Source: an uncultured Actinomycetes bacterium (GTDB lineage Bacteria > Actinomycetota > Thermoleophilia > RBG-16-64-13). From it: a stretch of DNA of 64,000 nucleotides. Positions 1-8,247 of this stretch are shown piece after piece; position 1 is the stretch's first letter; every line of letters starts with the position of its first letter. The stretch is from NCBI GenBank assembly GCA_963841735.1, contig CAWJDT010000001.1:832001-896000 (forward strand), given 5' to 3'. The notes under the pieces are model-generated. The model was not told the origin of the DNA, ran no database searches, and saw nothing but the letters and a program-made list of their open reading frames with translations. Made by a program: the position numbers and the translations under genes.

Positions 1-86
1 TGGGCGCCCCGCCGGCGCCGGCCGCCGGTCCCGCCGCCGCGGCCCCTGAGGCAGGCGACACAGACGCAAAGGACAAGAAGAAATGA
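1..86 (+). CDS. 3' end of an upstream gene (partial), Pro/Ala-rich tail
   Basis: Open frame GAPPAPAAGPAAAAPEAGDTDAKDKKK ends at TGA 84-86, overlapping the next ATG (ATGA coupling). Confidence 0.55.
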   Translation, partial: GAPPAPAAGPAAAAPEAGDTDAKDKKK

Positions 87-1915
87 CGGTTCGCGGACAT
101 CAGCGTCGCCTGTGCAGCCTTGGGCTTTTGGTGGTCGCCTGCGCACTGGCAGTGTTGCTCATCGGGCCGACGGCGCAGGCACAGGCGAAGGACTGGCGCA
201 TCTCCAGCATCGATGAAGTGCTCAATGTGCAGGAGGACGGCGACGTCCTGGTCGACGAGACCGTTACCTTCCTCTTCGAGGGCAACTACCATTTCGTGTC
301 GATGGGTGTTCCGACGGCGAACTACTTGGGCATCGCCGATATCGAGGTTCGGGATGCCGGCGGTACTGTCTTACCCGAGGGTGATGCTCCCGGCACGTAC
401 AGTCTCTTTACAGAAGGCGATACCCAGTACATCCAGGTGAACTTCGACCTCACCGATACTGCCGGCACCTGGGTCTTCCACTATCGGGCCAAGAAGGTGG
501 TGCAGTTCGGGGAGCAGCAGGATGGGCTGGTTTGGTACGTCTTCGACGCCGAGACGCCGGTGCCTATCGACCAAGTGAAGCTCACGGTGAAGCTGCCGGG
601 TTCAGTGCCATCCGACCAGATGACGCCCGCGGCCCAGGTTGAATACGGCGTCCAGTGGACTCCCTCCTTCCCGGCGGCGTCCACCACGGTCTATGAGGCT
701 TCAGGTTTCGCTCCCTACTCCTATTTTTGGACCAGCACCGGGTTCCCTACGGGGGTCGTCAAGAACGTCTGGACAGTGCGGCGGGTCTTCAACTACATCA
801 TCCCCAAGGTTGGATTCGCTCTGCCGATCTTGGCGTTTCTGATCATGTTTCTGATCTGGTTCAAGCGCGGGCGCGACCAACCGGGCGCGGTCTATGCCAA
901 GTATGTGAGCGAACCACCTTCTGACTTGTCACCTGCCCTGGTGGGGGCGCTCATCGATGAGAGGGTGGACACCAAGGAGGTGATCGCCACCATCGTCGAC
1001 CTGGCGAAACGGGGCTATCTGGAGATGGTGGACGAGCGGGAGGGCAAGGCTTTCAAGAAGCCGCTTACCACTTTCAAGCGGAAGAAGTCCTTCGACGACT
1101 TGGGCGGATTCGAGAAGAAGACGGCGGAGTCGCTTTTCGAGCTAGGTTCGGCCGATGAAGTGACCACGGCTCAGCTTAAGAACCACTTCTTCAGCAAGGT
1201 CCCTCCCATCGTGAGTCAGATCTACAACGCGGTGGCTTCGGAGGGACTGTTCTACAAGAACCCCAAGAAGGCGCGTTCGCGTTGGGTGGGGTATGGGTTC
1301 CTGGTCGGTGCGGTCTTGGCCGTACTGACGTTCGTGCTTAGCGGTGCCGAAATCAACGGTTGGGGCTTGTTCTTAGCGGGCTCGATCGTGTCCACCCTCG
1401 TTGTATGGGGGTTTGCGGGCTACATGCCCCAACGCACTCCCAAGGGCGCGCAGGAGCAGAAGAAGTGGCAGGCCTTCCGAAACTACCTGGAGGACCTCGG
1501 TCGCTTCACCGACATGGACACGGCCAAAGAGAAGTACGAGAAGTACCTGCCCTATGCCATCGCCTTCGGGGTGGAGAAGCAGTGGACCCGGCGCTTTGAG
1601 GATGTCACCGTGCCCGCGCCCCAGTGGTATCACCCGCCCGTGATCATATATGGCTTGCCTCACACCGGGCCGATCGGAGGCGGCATCGGAGGCGGTGCGG
1701 CCGGCGGTGGCGTCGGCGGCGGTTTTAGCCTGGACACCCTGTCCGACAGTCTGTTCACCAGCCTCGGCAATATCTCCAACGTGCTCACTTCGGCTCCCTC
1801 GAGCAGTAGTTCGGGCAAGGGGAGCGCGTTCGGCGGCGGTGGCTTTGGCGGCGGCGGCGGCTTCAGCGGTGGCTTCGGCGGCGGTGGCGGCGGAGGAGGA
1901 TTCCGGGCCGGCTAG
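83..1915 (+). CDS. DUF2207 (YciQ-like) membrane protein
   Basis: Signal peptide, extracellular beta domain, TM helices, ATIVDLAKRGYL and YLPYAIAFGV motifs, Gly-rich tail GGGFSGGFGGGGGGG. Confidence 0.85.
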   Translation: MTVRGHQRRLCSLGLLVVACALAVLLIGPTAQAQAKDWRISSIDEVLNVQEDGDVLVDETVTFLFEGNYHFVSMGVPTANYLGIADIEVRDAGGTVLPEGDAPGTYSLFTEGDTQYIQVNFDLTDTAGTWVFHYRAKKVVQFGEQQDGLVWYVFDAETPVPIDQVKLTVKLPGSVPSDQMTPAAQVEYGVQWTPSFPAASTTVYEASGFAPYSYFWTSTGFPTGVVKNVWTVRRVFNYIIPKVGFALPILAFLIMFLIWFKRGRDQPGAVYAKYVSEPPSDLSPALVGALIDERVDTKEVIATIVDLAKRGYLEMVDEREGKAFKKPLTTFKRKKSFDDLGGFEKKTAESLFELGSADEVTTAQLKNHFFSKVPPIVSQIYNAVASEGLFYKNPKKARSRWVGYGFLVGAVLAVLTFVLSGAEINGWGLFLAGSIVSTLVVWGFAGYMPQRTPKGAQEQKKWQAFRNYLEDLGRFTDMDTAKEKYEKYLPYAIAFGVEKQWTRRFEDVTVPAPQWYHPPVIIYGLPHTGPIGGGIGGGAAGGGVGGGFSLDTLSDSLFTSLGNISNVLTSAPSSSSSGKGSAFGGGGFGGGGGFSGGFGGGGGGGGFRAG

Positions 1916-1932
1916 AGAGCTTGTGATGCGAC

Positions 1933-1965
1933 GCCGGTGCCCGGCCCAGCGGGCCGGGCACCGGC
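1933..1965. repeat. Perfect 15-bp inverted repeat (intergenic hairpin)
   Basis: GCCGGTGCCCGGCCC-AGC-GGGCCGGGCACCGGC; no U-tract follows. Confidence 0.75.
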
Positions 1966-1992
1966 TGTGACCTAGGTAACCAGGAGGTAGTC

Positions 1993-2682
1993 ATGCGGAC
2001 GCGGATAATGGGGATCGTGATGCTCGTGGTCAGTCTGGGCGTCGCGGCCTGGCTGGCCGCCGGCGTTGCCGAGGCGGTGCGCCAAGATCGGAGCATCACC
2101 GGGCATATCCTGGGGTTCGTACTCTTCTCGCTACCCTTTCTGGCCGTGGGCCTGTATCTGCTCTTGACCTCGCGAGGCGAGATCAAGGACGAGACCAAGG
2201 CCGACAAGCAGCGGACCATCCTGAACGCGGTCATGACCCGTGGACGCGTGAGTGTGGCCGACATGGCCATCGAGTGCAACGTGAACCGCGAGCAGGTGAA
2301 GCAACTCATCTACGACATCATCGGCAAGGACTTGTTTCGCGGGTATGTCAACTGGGAGCGCGGAGAGTTGGTGTCGGCCGAGGCCGCTCAGATCAAGGAC
2401 CACAGCTGTCCCAATTGTGGCGGCAAGGTGGAGCTGGCCGGCAAGGGTCTGGTGAAATGCCCCTACTGCGGCACTGAGACCTACCTCTCGGCTCCTACCG
2501 CTTCCGAGAAGCCGTCGTCACCCCGGGTGGATCCGCCGGGCCCTCCGGCCGCCGCGTCAGAGCCGCCGCAGGCGCCGGCCGCCGCGACGACGCCAGCGCC
2601 GGCTCCCACTGCCGCGGCAAGCCCTGCCCCCGGGGGCCCAGAGGCCGCATCGCCACCCTCCGGCGACGGGACCTCTAAGTGA
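1993..2682 (+). CDS. Membrane protein with PCI/winged-helix-like domain and zinc ribbon
   Basis: AGGAGG RBS; two TM helices; wHTH-like segment; CPNCGG...CPYCG; Pro/Ala tail. Confidence 0.65.
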   Translation: MRTRIMGIVMLVVSLGVAAWLAAGVAEAVRQDRSITGHILGFVLFSLPFLAVGLYLLLTSRGEIKDETKADKQRTILNAVMTRGRVSVADMAIECNVNREQVKQLIYDIIGKDLFRGYVNWERGELVSAEAAQIKDHSCPNCGGKVELAGKGLVKCPYCGTETYLSAPTASEKPSSPRVDPPGPPAAASEPPQAPAAATTPAPAPTAAASPAPGGPEAASPPSGDGTSK

Positions 2683-2713
2683 TGACCCCGTACCTCCGAG
2701 CACGGATCAAACT

Positions 2714-3094
2714 ATGCGCTTGATGTACAAGTTGTGGCTCGACTACCGGGGTAGGGCCTTCGGCGACGGCCCTGCCCGGCTTCTTGGGGGCGTGCAGGAG
2801 TGGGGCTCGTTGCGCAAGGCCGCCCAGGAACTGGGCATGTCCTACAATAAGGCGTGGCGTATCCTCCATGCGGCCGAAGAACGCCTGGGTTTTGCCCTGC
2901 TTGACCGCAGCGTAGGTGGCAGTCTGGGCGGAGGCTCCAATCTCACCCCCGAAGCCCAGGACCTGATGTCCCGGTATCGCGCCGTGGCGGTGGAAGCGGA
3001 AGAGGCCTTGGAGGTTGTCTTTCAGCGGCATTTCGCCGACTGGAAAGATCCTGAGACGACCACACTCCCGGGGGGCTCTGCTACCGAGAGCTAG
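2714..3094 (+). CDS. modE: ModE-family winged-helix regulator (HTH only)
   Basis: FGDGPARLL...GSLRKAAQELGMSYNKAW...GGSLGGGSNLT is the ModE N-terminal signature; no TOBE/Mop domain. Confidence 0.85.
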   Translation: MRLMYKLWLDYRGRAFGDGPARLLGGVQEWGSLRKAAQELGMSYNKAWRILHAAEERLGFALLDRSVGGSLGGGSNLTPEAQDLMSRYRAVAVEAEEALEVVFQRHFADWKDPETTTLPGGSATES

Positions 3095-3134
3095 CTTTCA
3101 GCCTGTCGCGCCGTCGCGCGGGTAGTCGATTTCG

Positions 3135-3158
3135 CGTTATACTCTTGTCCCTATAACG
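3135..3158. promoter_or_regulatory. ModE operator palindrome
   Basis: CGTTATA-ctcttgtccc-TATAACG, matching the ModE consensus CGTTATA-Nn-TATAACG, between modE and the ABC operon. Confidence 0.8.
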
Positions 3159-3180
3159 GGCAGAGGAGCGCGGGTAAGGC

Positions 3181-4302
3181 ATGGCCGGCAGGCGGATAGA
3201 GGCTACGAAGGCAGAGGTGCCGGAGGTCGAAGGGACTGAGGCCTCCGCCAAGACGCGTGCCTTTGCTAAGTCGCGCGCCTCCGCTCTGCGGTCTATGGCT
3301 GTGCGACTGAGGGTGCCCTTCCTGATCGTCTTGCCCGTCGCGGCCTTTCTTCTGTCTCTGACCTTGGGCCGCTATCACGTCTCGGTGGGTGAGATCCTTA
3401 CCCTCTTCGGCTCGAAGTTGGGGCTGACCCACGCGACGGTGCCCGAGAACGTCAATACGGTCATCATGAACGTGCGACTGCCCCGTATCGCGGCCGCGTT
3501 GATGATCGGCGCCGGGCTTTCGCTGTCGGGGGCGGCGTATCAGGGCATGTTCCGTAATCCGCTGGTGTCACCCGACATTCTCGGCGCCTCCGCCGGGGCG
3601 GGTTTTGGCGCCGCGCTGGGCATCATGCTGTCGAAGGGCATTCTGGTGACCCAGATCCTCGCTCTGGGCTTTGGGCTGGGAGCGGTCCTGGCCACCTACA
3701 TGCTGGCCGGGCGGCTGCGCCGCGGCGACCCCACCCTTTTCCTGGTGCTGACGGGGATCCTGGTAGGCACCGTCTTCACATCGCTCATATCGGTTCTCAA
3801 GGTGCTCGCCGACCCCTACGACAAGCTGCCGGCGATCACCTTCTGGCTCATGGGCAGCCTTGCGGCCGTCAACACCAATGACCTTCTCATCTTGCTGGCG
3901 CCTATGGTAGTGGGTGGAGGCGCCCTGCTGGCTGTGCGCTGGCATCTCAACCCTCTCTCGTTCGGAGAGGAAGAAGCCCGAGCCATGGGTGCCGAGACGG
4001 GCAAGCTGCGGGTCATCATCATCGTGGCCTGCACTCTGCTAACCGCCTCCGCGGTCAGCGTGGCCGGCATCGTCGGCTGGGTAGGTTTGATAATTCCCCA
4101 TCTCGCCCGCGGATTGGTGGGTCCCGACTACGGCAAACTGCTCCCGGTGTCGGCTGTTATCGGAGCCGTGTATCTGCTGTTGGTGGACGACCTCGCGCGA
4201 CTGGCCGGTCCCTTGGAGCTACCCCTCGGCATTCTCACCGCGCTCATCGGGGCGCCCTTCTTCATACTCCTGATGGCCCGCACCAGGAGGGCCTGGACAT
4301 GA
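3181..4302 (+). CDS. FecCD/BtuC-family ABC transporter permease
   Basis: RLPRI, YQGMFRNPLVSPDILG, GEEEARAMG, GWVGLIIPH motifs; start may lie further downstream. Confidence 0.9.
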   Translation: MAGRRIEATKAEVPEVEGTEASAKTRAFAKSRASALRSMAVRLRVPFLIVLPVAAFLLSLTLGRYHVSVGEILTLFGSKLGLTHATVPENVNTVIMNVRLPRIAAALMIGAGLSLSGAAYQGMFRNPLVSPDILGASAGAGFGAALGIMLSKGILVTQILALGFGLGAVLATYMLAGRLRRGDPTLFLVLTGILVGTVFTSLISVLKVLADPYDKLPAITFWLMGSLAAVNTNDLLILLAPMVVGGGALLAVRWHLNPLSFGEEEARAMGAETGKLRVIIIVACTLLTASAVSVAGIVGWVGLIIPHLARGLVGPDYGKLLPVSAVIGAVYLLLVDDLARLAGPLELPLGILTALIGAPFFILLMARTRRAWT

Positions 4303-5084
4303 TCCTAGAACTGCGGGGACTGTCCTGTGGCTATGGCCGCCGCAAGGTGCTCACCGACATCAACCTGACCGTGGGGTTTGGCGACAACCTCTGTCTGCTC
4401 GGCCCCAACGGCGTGGGCAAGACCACCCTGTTCCGCACCATCCTGGGGGCGATCGAGCCCATGGAGGGCGAGATACTCGTCGACGGTGAGAGCATCGTAC
4501 GACAGACTCGGAGGCAGAGAGCACGGTTGATGGCCTACGTTCCCCAGGCCCACACCGCCCCGTTCCCGTTTCATGTTATGGACGTGGTATTGACCGGGCG
4601 TACGGCCCACATCCCCTTGACGTCGGCCCCCTCCCGCCACGACGAAGAGGTGGCCCGGGCGGCGCTGGAGCGGATGGGCATCGCCGACTTGCGAGACAGG
4701 CCCTACACCGAACTGAGCGGAGGCGAGCGGCAGCTGGTGCTTATCGCCCGCGCTCTGGCCCAGGAGCCTAGAGTGCTCATCATGGACGAGCCCTCGTCGC
4801 ATCTGGATTTCGGCAATCAGGCCCGCCTGCTCGCGTTGATCAAGAACCTGGTTGAGGAAGGTGACCTGGCTGTACTCATGTCCTCGCACTTTCCCAACCA
4901 TGCGTTCGCCTGCGCGACGAAGGTGGGGTTGGTCAAGGACGGTCGCCTGGTCGCGCTGGGCTCTCCCGACGAGGTGCTCACCGAGGCTAGTCTGGAGGAT
5001 CTGTATGAGATCCCCGTGCGCATATTGCAGGGTCATCCCGACACCGATCCTTCGCTCAAGGTCTGTGCAGCGAGGATGGTCTGA
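4299..5084 (+). CDS. ABC transporter ATP-binding protein (FepC/MolC type)
   Basis: Walker A GPNGVGKT, LSGGE signature, Walker B IMDEP. Confidence 0.92.
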   Translation: MILELRGLSCGYGRRKVLTDINLTVGFGDNLCLLGPNGVGKTTLFRTILGAIEPMEGEILVDGESIVRQTRRQRARLMAYVPQAHTAPFPFHVMDVVLTGRTAHIPLTSAPSRHDEEVARAALERMGIADLRDRPYTELSGGERQLVLIARALAQEPRVLIMDEPSSHLDFGNQARLLALIKNLVEEGDLAVLMSSHFPNHAFACATKVGLVKDGRLVALGSPDEVLTEASLEDLYEIPVRILQGHPDTDPSLKVCAARMV

Positions 5085-5089
5085 CGTTT

Positions 5090-5113
5090 CGTTATACTTA
5101 GCAGCGGACTACG
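5090..5113. promoter_or_regulatory. Degenerate second ModE-like site
   Basis: CGTTATA-cttagcagcg-GACTACG; shares CGTTATACT and spacing with the 3135 site. Confidence 0.5.
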
Positions 5114-5129
5114 CAACCGCGGATCGGAT

Positions 5130-5906
5130 GTGATGAGGCTGAGCGCAAACTGGGACATCTATGACCGTCTGATTCAGGGGATCCCGCCGGAGGCCAAGGT
5201 GGGGTCGTGTCTGGTCAGCACGTGGACTGTGGTCGACTCCGACGGCATGGGTCTGGCCATGACCTATCGGGGCGGCGTGCACGAGGCGAACCCGCTGACC
5301 TCCCTTGCCGGCAGGCCTTTGCGCGAACTGGCCGAGTATGTGAAGAGCTGGGATTTGCGTCGTGCCTCTCTGGGCACGGCGGCCATCAACGCGTTCTACA
5401 ACTCCCCTGGGAGGGTGCAGGAGTGGCTTGGGCGGCCCCTGGAGGGGCTGCGCTCGTCGGGTGCTTTCACCTCCAGCCTGGATGAGATCGCCGGCAAGAA
5501 GGTGGCAGTCATCGGGCACTTCCCCGGTCTGGAAGAGGCCAGAGAGTGCTGTGAGCTCGTGATTCTCGAGCGGGAGCCCCAAGAGGGTGACCTGCCCGAT
5601 TTCGCCGCCGAGTATGTCTTGCCCCAACAGGACTACGTGTTCATCACCGGTACCGCTCTTACCAACAAGACACTGCCCCGTCTGCTCGCGCTCTCGGCGG
5701 GAGCTACCGTGGCCTTGGTGGGACCCAGTGTGCCTTTGGTCCCCTGGTGGTTCGAGTTCGGGGTGGACGTCCTGGCGGGCTCGGTGGTCATGGATAAACC
5801 GAGTGTTTGGCAGCGTTGCCTTGAGGGCGCTCATAGGGGGATATTCGAAGCCGGCGCTTGGATGATAGACATCCGTCAGGCCGATGTCATGGGAGGTACA
5901 CAGTGA
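5130..5906 (+). CDS. DUF364/DUF4213 Rossmann-like putative metal or cofactor-binding protein
   Basis: ASLGTAAINA, KVAVIGHFP, ITGTALTNKTLPRLL, VGPSVPL motifs. Confidence 0.85.
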   Translation: MMRLSANWDIYDRLIQGIPPEAKVGSCLVSTWTVVDSDGMGLAMTYRGGVHEANPLTSLAGRPLRELAEYVKSWDLRRASLGTAAINAFYNSPGRVQEWLGRPLEGLRSSGAFTSSLDEIAGKKVAVIGHFPGLEEARECCELVILEREPQEGDLPDFAAEYVLPQQDYVFITGTALTNKTLPRLLALSAGATVALVGPSVPLVPWWFEFGVDVLAGSVVMDKPSVWQRCLEGAHRGIFEAGAWMIDIRQADVMGGTQ

Positions 5907-7024
5907 TCAGGCGTTCACCCTTTGCCACGGCCGCCGTCCTACCGGCGTTACTGGTGGCGCTGATGCTGGCTCTGGGAGTCGCCGCGTGCGGCTCAGGCGA
6001 CGACGGCTCAACGGACACTTCGCAGCCCGGCACCATCACCATCACCGACCAGGCCGGTCGCCCCCTGACGATCCCCGACTCCATCAAGACCGTCTACTGC
6101 ACAAGCCCGATGGGCACCAACCTCATGTACACGCTGGCTCCAGAGATGCTGGTGGGCTGGAACATCACTCCCACCGCTCTGGAGAAGCAGTACATTCCCG
6201 AGCAGTACCTGCCGTCGGTGGGTCTGGGCGGCTGGTTCGGCAAGAACACCACAGGCAACGTCGAGGAGATCATCAAGCGCGATCCAGACGTGATCCTCTC
6301 TATCGGCTACCTGGACGAGGCCGCCATCTCCGATGCCGACCGCATCCAGGGGTTGCTCAACATACCGGTGATCATGATCAATGGGTATCTGGTTGATAGC
6401 GCCGAGACCTATCGTTACATTGGTGAGCTGCTGGGAGTGCAAGAACGAGCCGAGGAGTTGGCCGCCTACTGCGATGGGGTGATCAAGGAGGCGCAGACCA
6501 ACGCGGCGCTGATTCCCGATGCCGAGCGAGTGAGGGTGTACTACGCGGAGGGCACGAAGGGGCTTAACACCGACCCGGTTGGTTCTGAGCACACCGAGGT
6601 GTTGGAGCTGGTGGGGGGAGCAAACGTCGCCGACGTCAACGCGGAGTCGGAATACGGGATGGCACCGGTGTCACTGGAGCAGGTTCTTGTGTGGAACCCT
6701 GAGGTCATCCTGGTGGCCAGCGATCCCAAAGAGGAGAGCGTCGCCTACCACGAGATCACCACGGGCTCCCAATGGGCCACCATGACCGCCGTGAAAAGCG
6801 GCCAGGTCTATCAGATACCTCGGGGCCCGTTCGACTGGTTCGATCGCCCCCCTTGTGTCGCGCGCATATTGGGGGTCCGGTGGCTCGGCAACCTGCTCTA
6901 TCCGGACCTCTATCAGTACGACATGAAGGCCGAAGTCAGTGAGTTCTACGATCTCTTCTTTCATATCAACCTGACCGATGCGCAACTGGAGACCCTCATG
7001 GCGCGAGCCGTTAGGAGCAAGTGA
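5903..7024 (+). CDS. ABC substrate-binding lipoprotein (type III, BtuF/MolA-like)
   Basis: GTG start overlapping upstream stop; lipobox VAAC; TDQAGR, VSLEQVLVWNPEVI, PFDWFDRPP. Confidence 0.88.
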   Translation: MIRRSPFATAAVLPALLVALMLALGVAACGSGDDGSTDTSQPGTITITDQAGRPLTIPDSIKTVYCTSPMGTNLMYTLAPEMLVGWNITPTALEKQYIPEQYLPSVGLGGWFGKNTTGNVEEIIKRDPDVILSIGYLDEAAISDADRIQGLLNIPVIMINGYLVDSAETYRYIGELLGVQERAEELAAYCDGVIKEAQTNAALIPDAERVRVYYAEGTKGLNTDPVGSEHTEVLELVGGANVADVNAESEYGMAPVSLEQVLVWNPEVILVASDPKEESVAYHEITTGSQWATMTAVKSGQVYQIPRGPFDWFDRPPCVARILGVRWLGNLLYPDLYQYDMKAEVSEFYDLFFHINLTDAQLETLMARAVRSK

Positions 7025-7028
7025 GCCC

Positions 7029-7574
7029 ATGCGTTCCCTAGAAGAAGACCTGGCTGCCGCCCAAGCCTTTCACGGCCACCTGTGCCACGGCATGGTGATG
7101 GGAGTGCGGCTCGCCCGCTACGCCTGCCGGGAACTGGGGATCGACGATCCTCACTCGTACCGGGATCTGGTGGTCTACGTGGAAATGGACCGCTGTGCCA
7201 GCGATGCGGTGAGCGTGGCGGCCGGTGTGACGCTGGGCAAACGGCGTCTGAAGTGGGTGGACTACGGCAAGATGGCCGCCACCTTTGTCGACCTGGCTAC
7301 AGGCCGGGCGCTGCGTGTTGCTCCCCGCCCCGAGGTGCCACACGCAGGCCGGGACACCGACCCGCTCGTGTTGTGGAAAGATTGGACCGACGAGCGGCTC
7401 TTCAGTTGTACCCCTGTCAATATGACCGTCCCCGAGGGGGACAGGCCGGGGCACTCGATCCGCAGTGTGCTGTGCGCGGAATGCGGCGAGAAGGTGAGCG
7501 ACGGCCGCGAGGTAGTGCAAGAGGACCGTACCCTGTGCCGGGCCTGCGCTCATGGGCCCTACTACCAGGTTTGA
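7029..7574 (+). CDS. FmdE (formylmethanofuran dehydrogenase subunit E-like) family protein
   Basis: FHGHLCHG, EMDRCASDAV, YGK and C-terminal zinc finger CAECGE...CRAC; ATG at 7029. Confidence 0.88.
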   Translation: MRSLEEDLAAAQAFHGHLCHGMVMGVRLARYACRELGIDDPHSYRDLVVYVEMDRCASDAVSVAAGVTLGKRRLKWVDYGKMAATFVDLATGRALRVAPRPEVPHAGRDTDPLVLWKDWTDERLFSCTPVNMTVPEGDRPGHSIRSVLCAECGEKVSDGREVVQEDRTLCRACAHGPYYQV

Positions 7575-7606
7575 CGCAGCTGTCGTGCGCTTCCGGCTGA
7601 AGGTAG

Positions 7607-8182
7607 GTGTTGATGCGGTCGCATGGGCTGATCTACGTAATCACAGGAGAGCGGGGATCGGGCAAGAGTACTGTCTGCGCCCAGGTGGCCCGCGAAGCCG
7701 CAGGCCGGGGAATGGTGGTGGCCGGGATACTCACCGAACGCTCGTCGCCCGAGCCGGGCGCAGCCAGAAGAGTGGTCGACCTGCGCTCTGGCCAAGCCAG
7801 GCCTTTCGGTGTTCAGTCCGCGCGCGGCTCAGGCTTGGGGCAGTCCGACCCGCTCACCCCCAGTTGGGAGTTTGACTCAGAGGGCTTCGCCTGGGCCAAC
7901 GAGGTCTTCGCCCGCTGCACCCCGTGTGACCTCTTGATTGTCGACGAACTGGGTCCCCTGGAGTTGCTGGGCGGTCGCGGTTGGACGGCGGCGCTCGCGG
8001 CGCTCAGCTCGCGCGACTTCGGCGCGGCCCTGGTGGTGTGCCGGCCCGGTCTGCTGGCGCAACTGGAGACTAGTCTAGGTGCCTCGCCCCGTGGGATGTT
8101 CGCGGTCGATGCTGAAAGCAGGGATAGCCTACACGCCGTGATCATTGAGGCGTTGCCGCGTGTCGACGACGGCGACCGGTAA
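7607..8182 (+). CDS. THEP1/DUF2478-type P-loop NTPase
   Basis: ITGERGSGKST Walker A; LLIVDELGPLE Walker B. Confidence 0.75.
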   Translation: MLMRSHGLIYVITGERGSGKSTVCAQVAREAAGRGMVVAGILTERSSPEPGAARRVVDLRSGQARPFGVQSARGSGLGQSDPLTPSWEFDSEGFAWANEVFARCTPCDLLIVDELGPLELLGGRGWTAALAALSSRDFGAALVVCRPGLLAQLETSLGASPRGMFAVDAESRDSLHAVIIEALPRVDDGDR

Positions 8183-8187
8183 AGCTA

Positions 8188-8215
8188 GGGCTCCCGCCTG
8201 TCTAGGCGGGAGCCC
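8188..8215. terminator. Putative terminator hairpin between convergent genes
   Basis: GGGCTCCCGCCT-GTCT-AGGCGGGAGCCC, 12-bp stem. Confidence 0.7.
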
Positions 8216-8247
8216 CGAAGTCTCGTCCCAAGGTTCTGCTGAAGGTT

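Noticed and set aside
7029-7574. Methanogenesis or formylmethanofuran dehydrogenase operon
   Set aside because: Stand-alone FmdE is widespread in bacteria; no catalytic fmd/fwd subunits here
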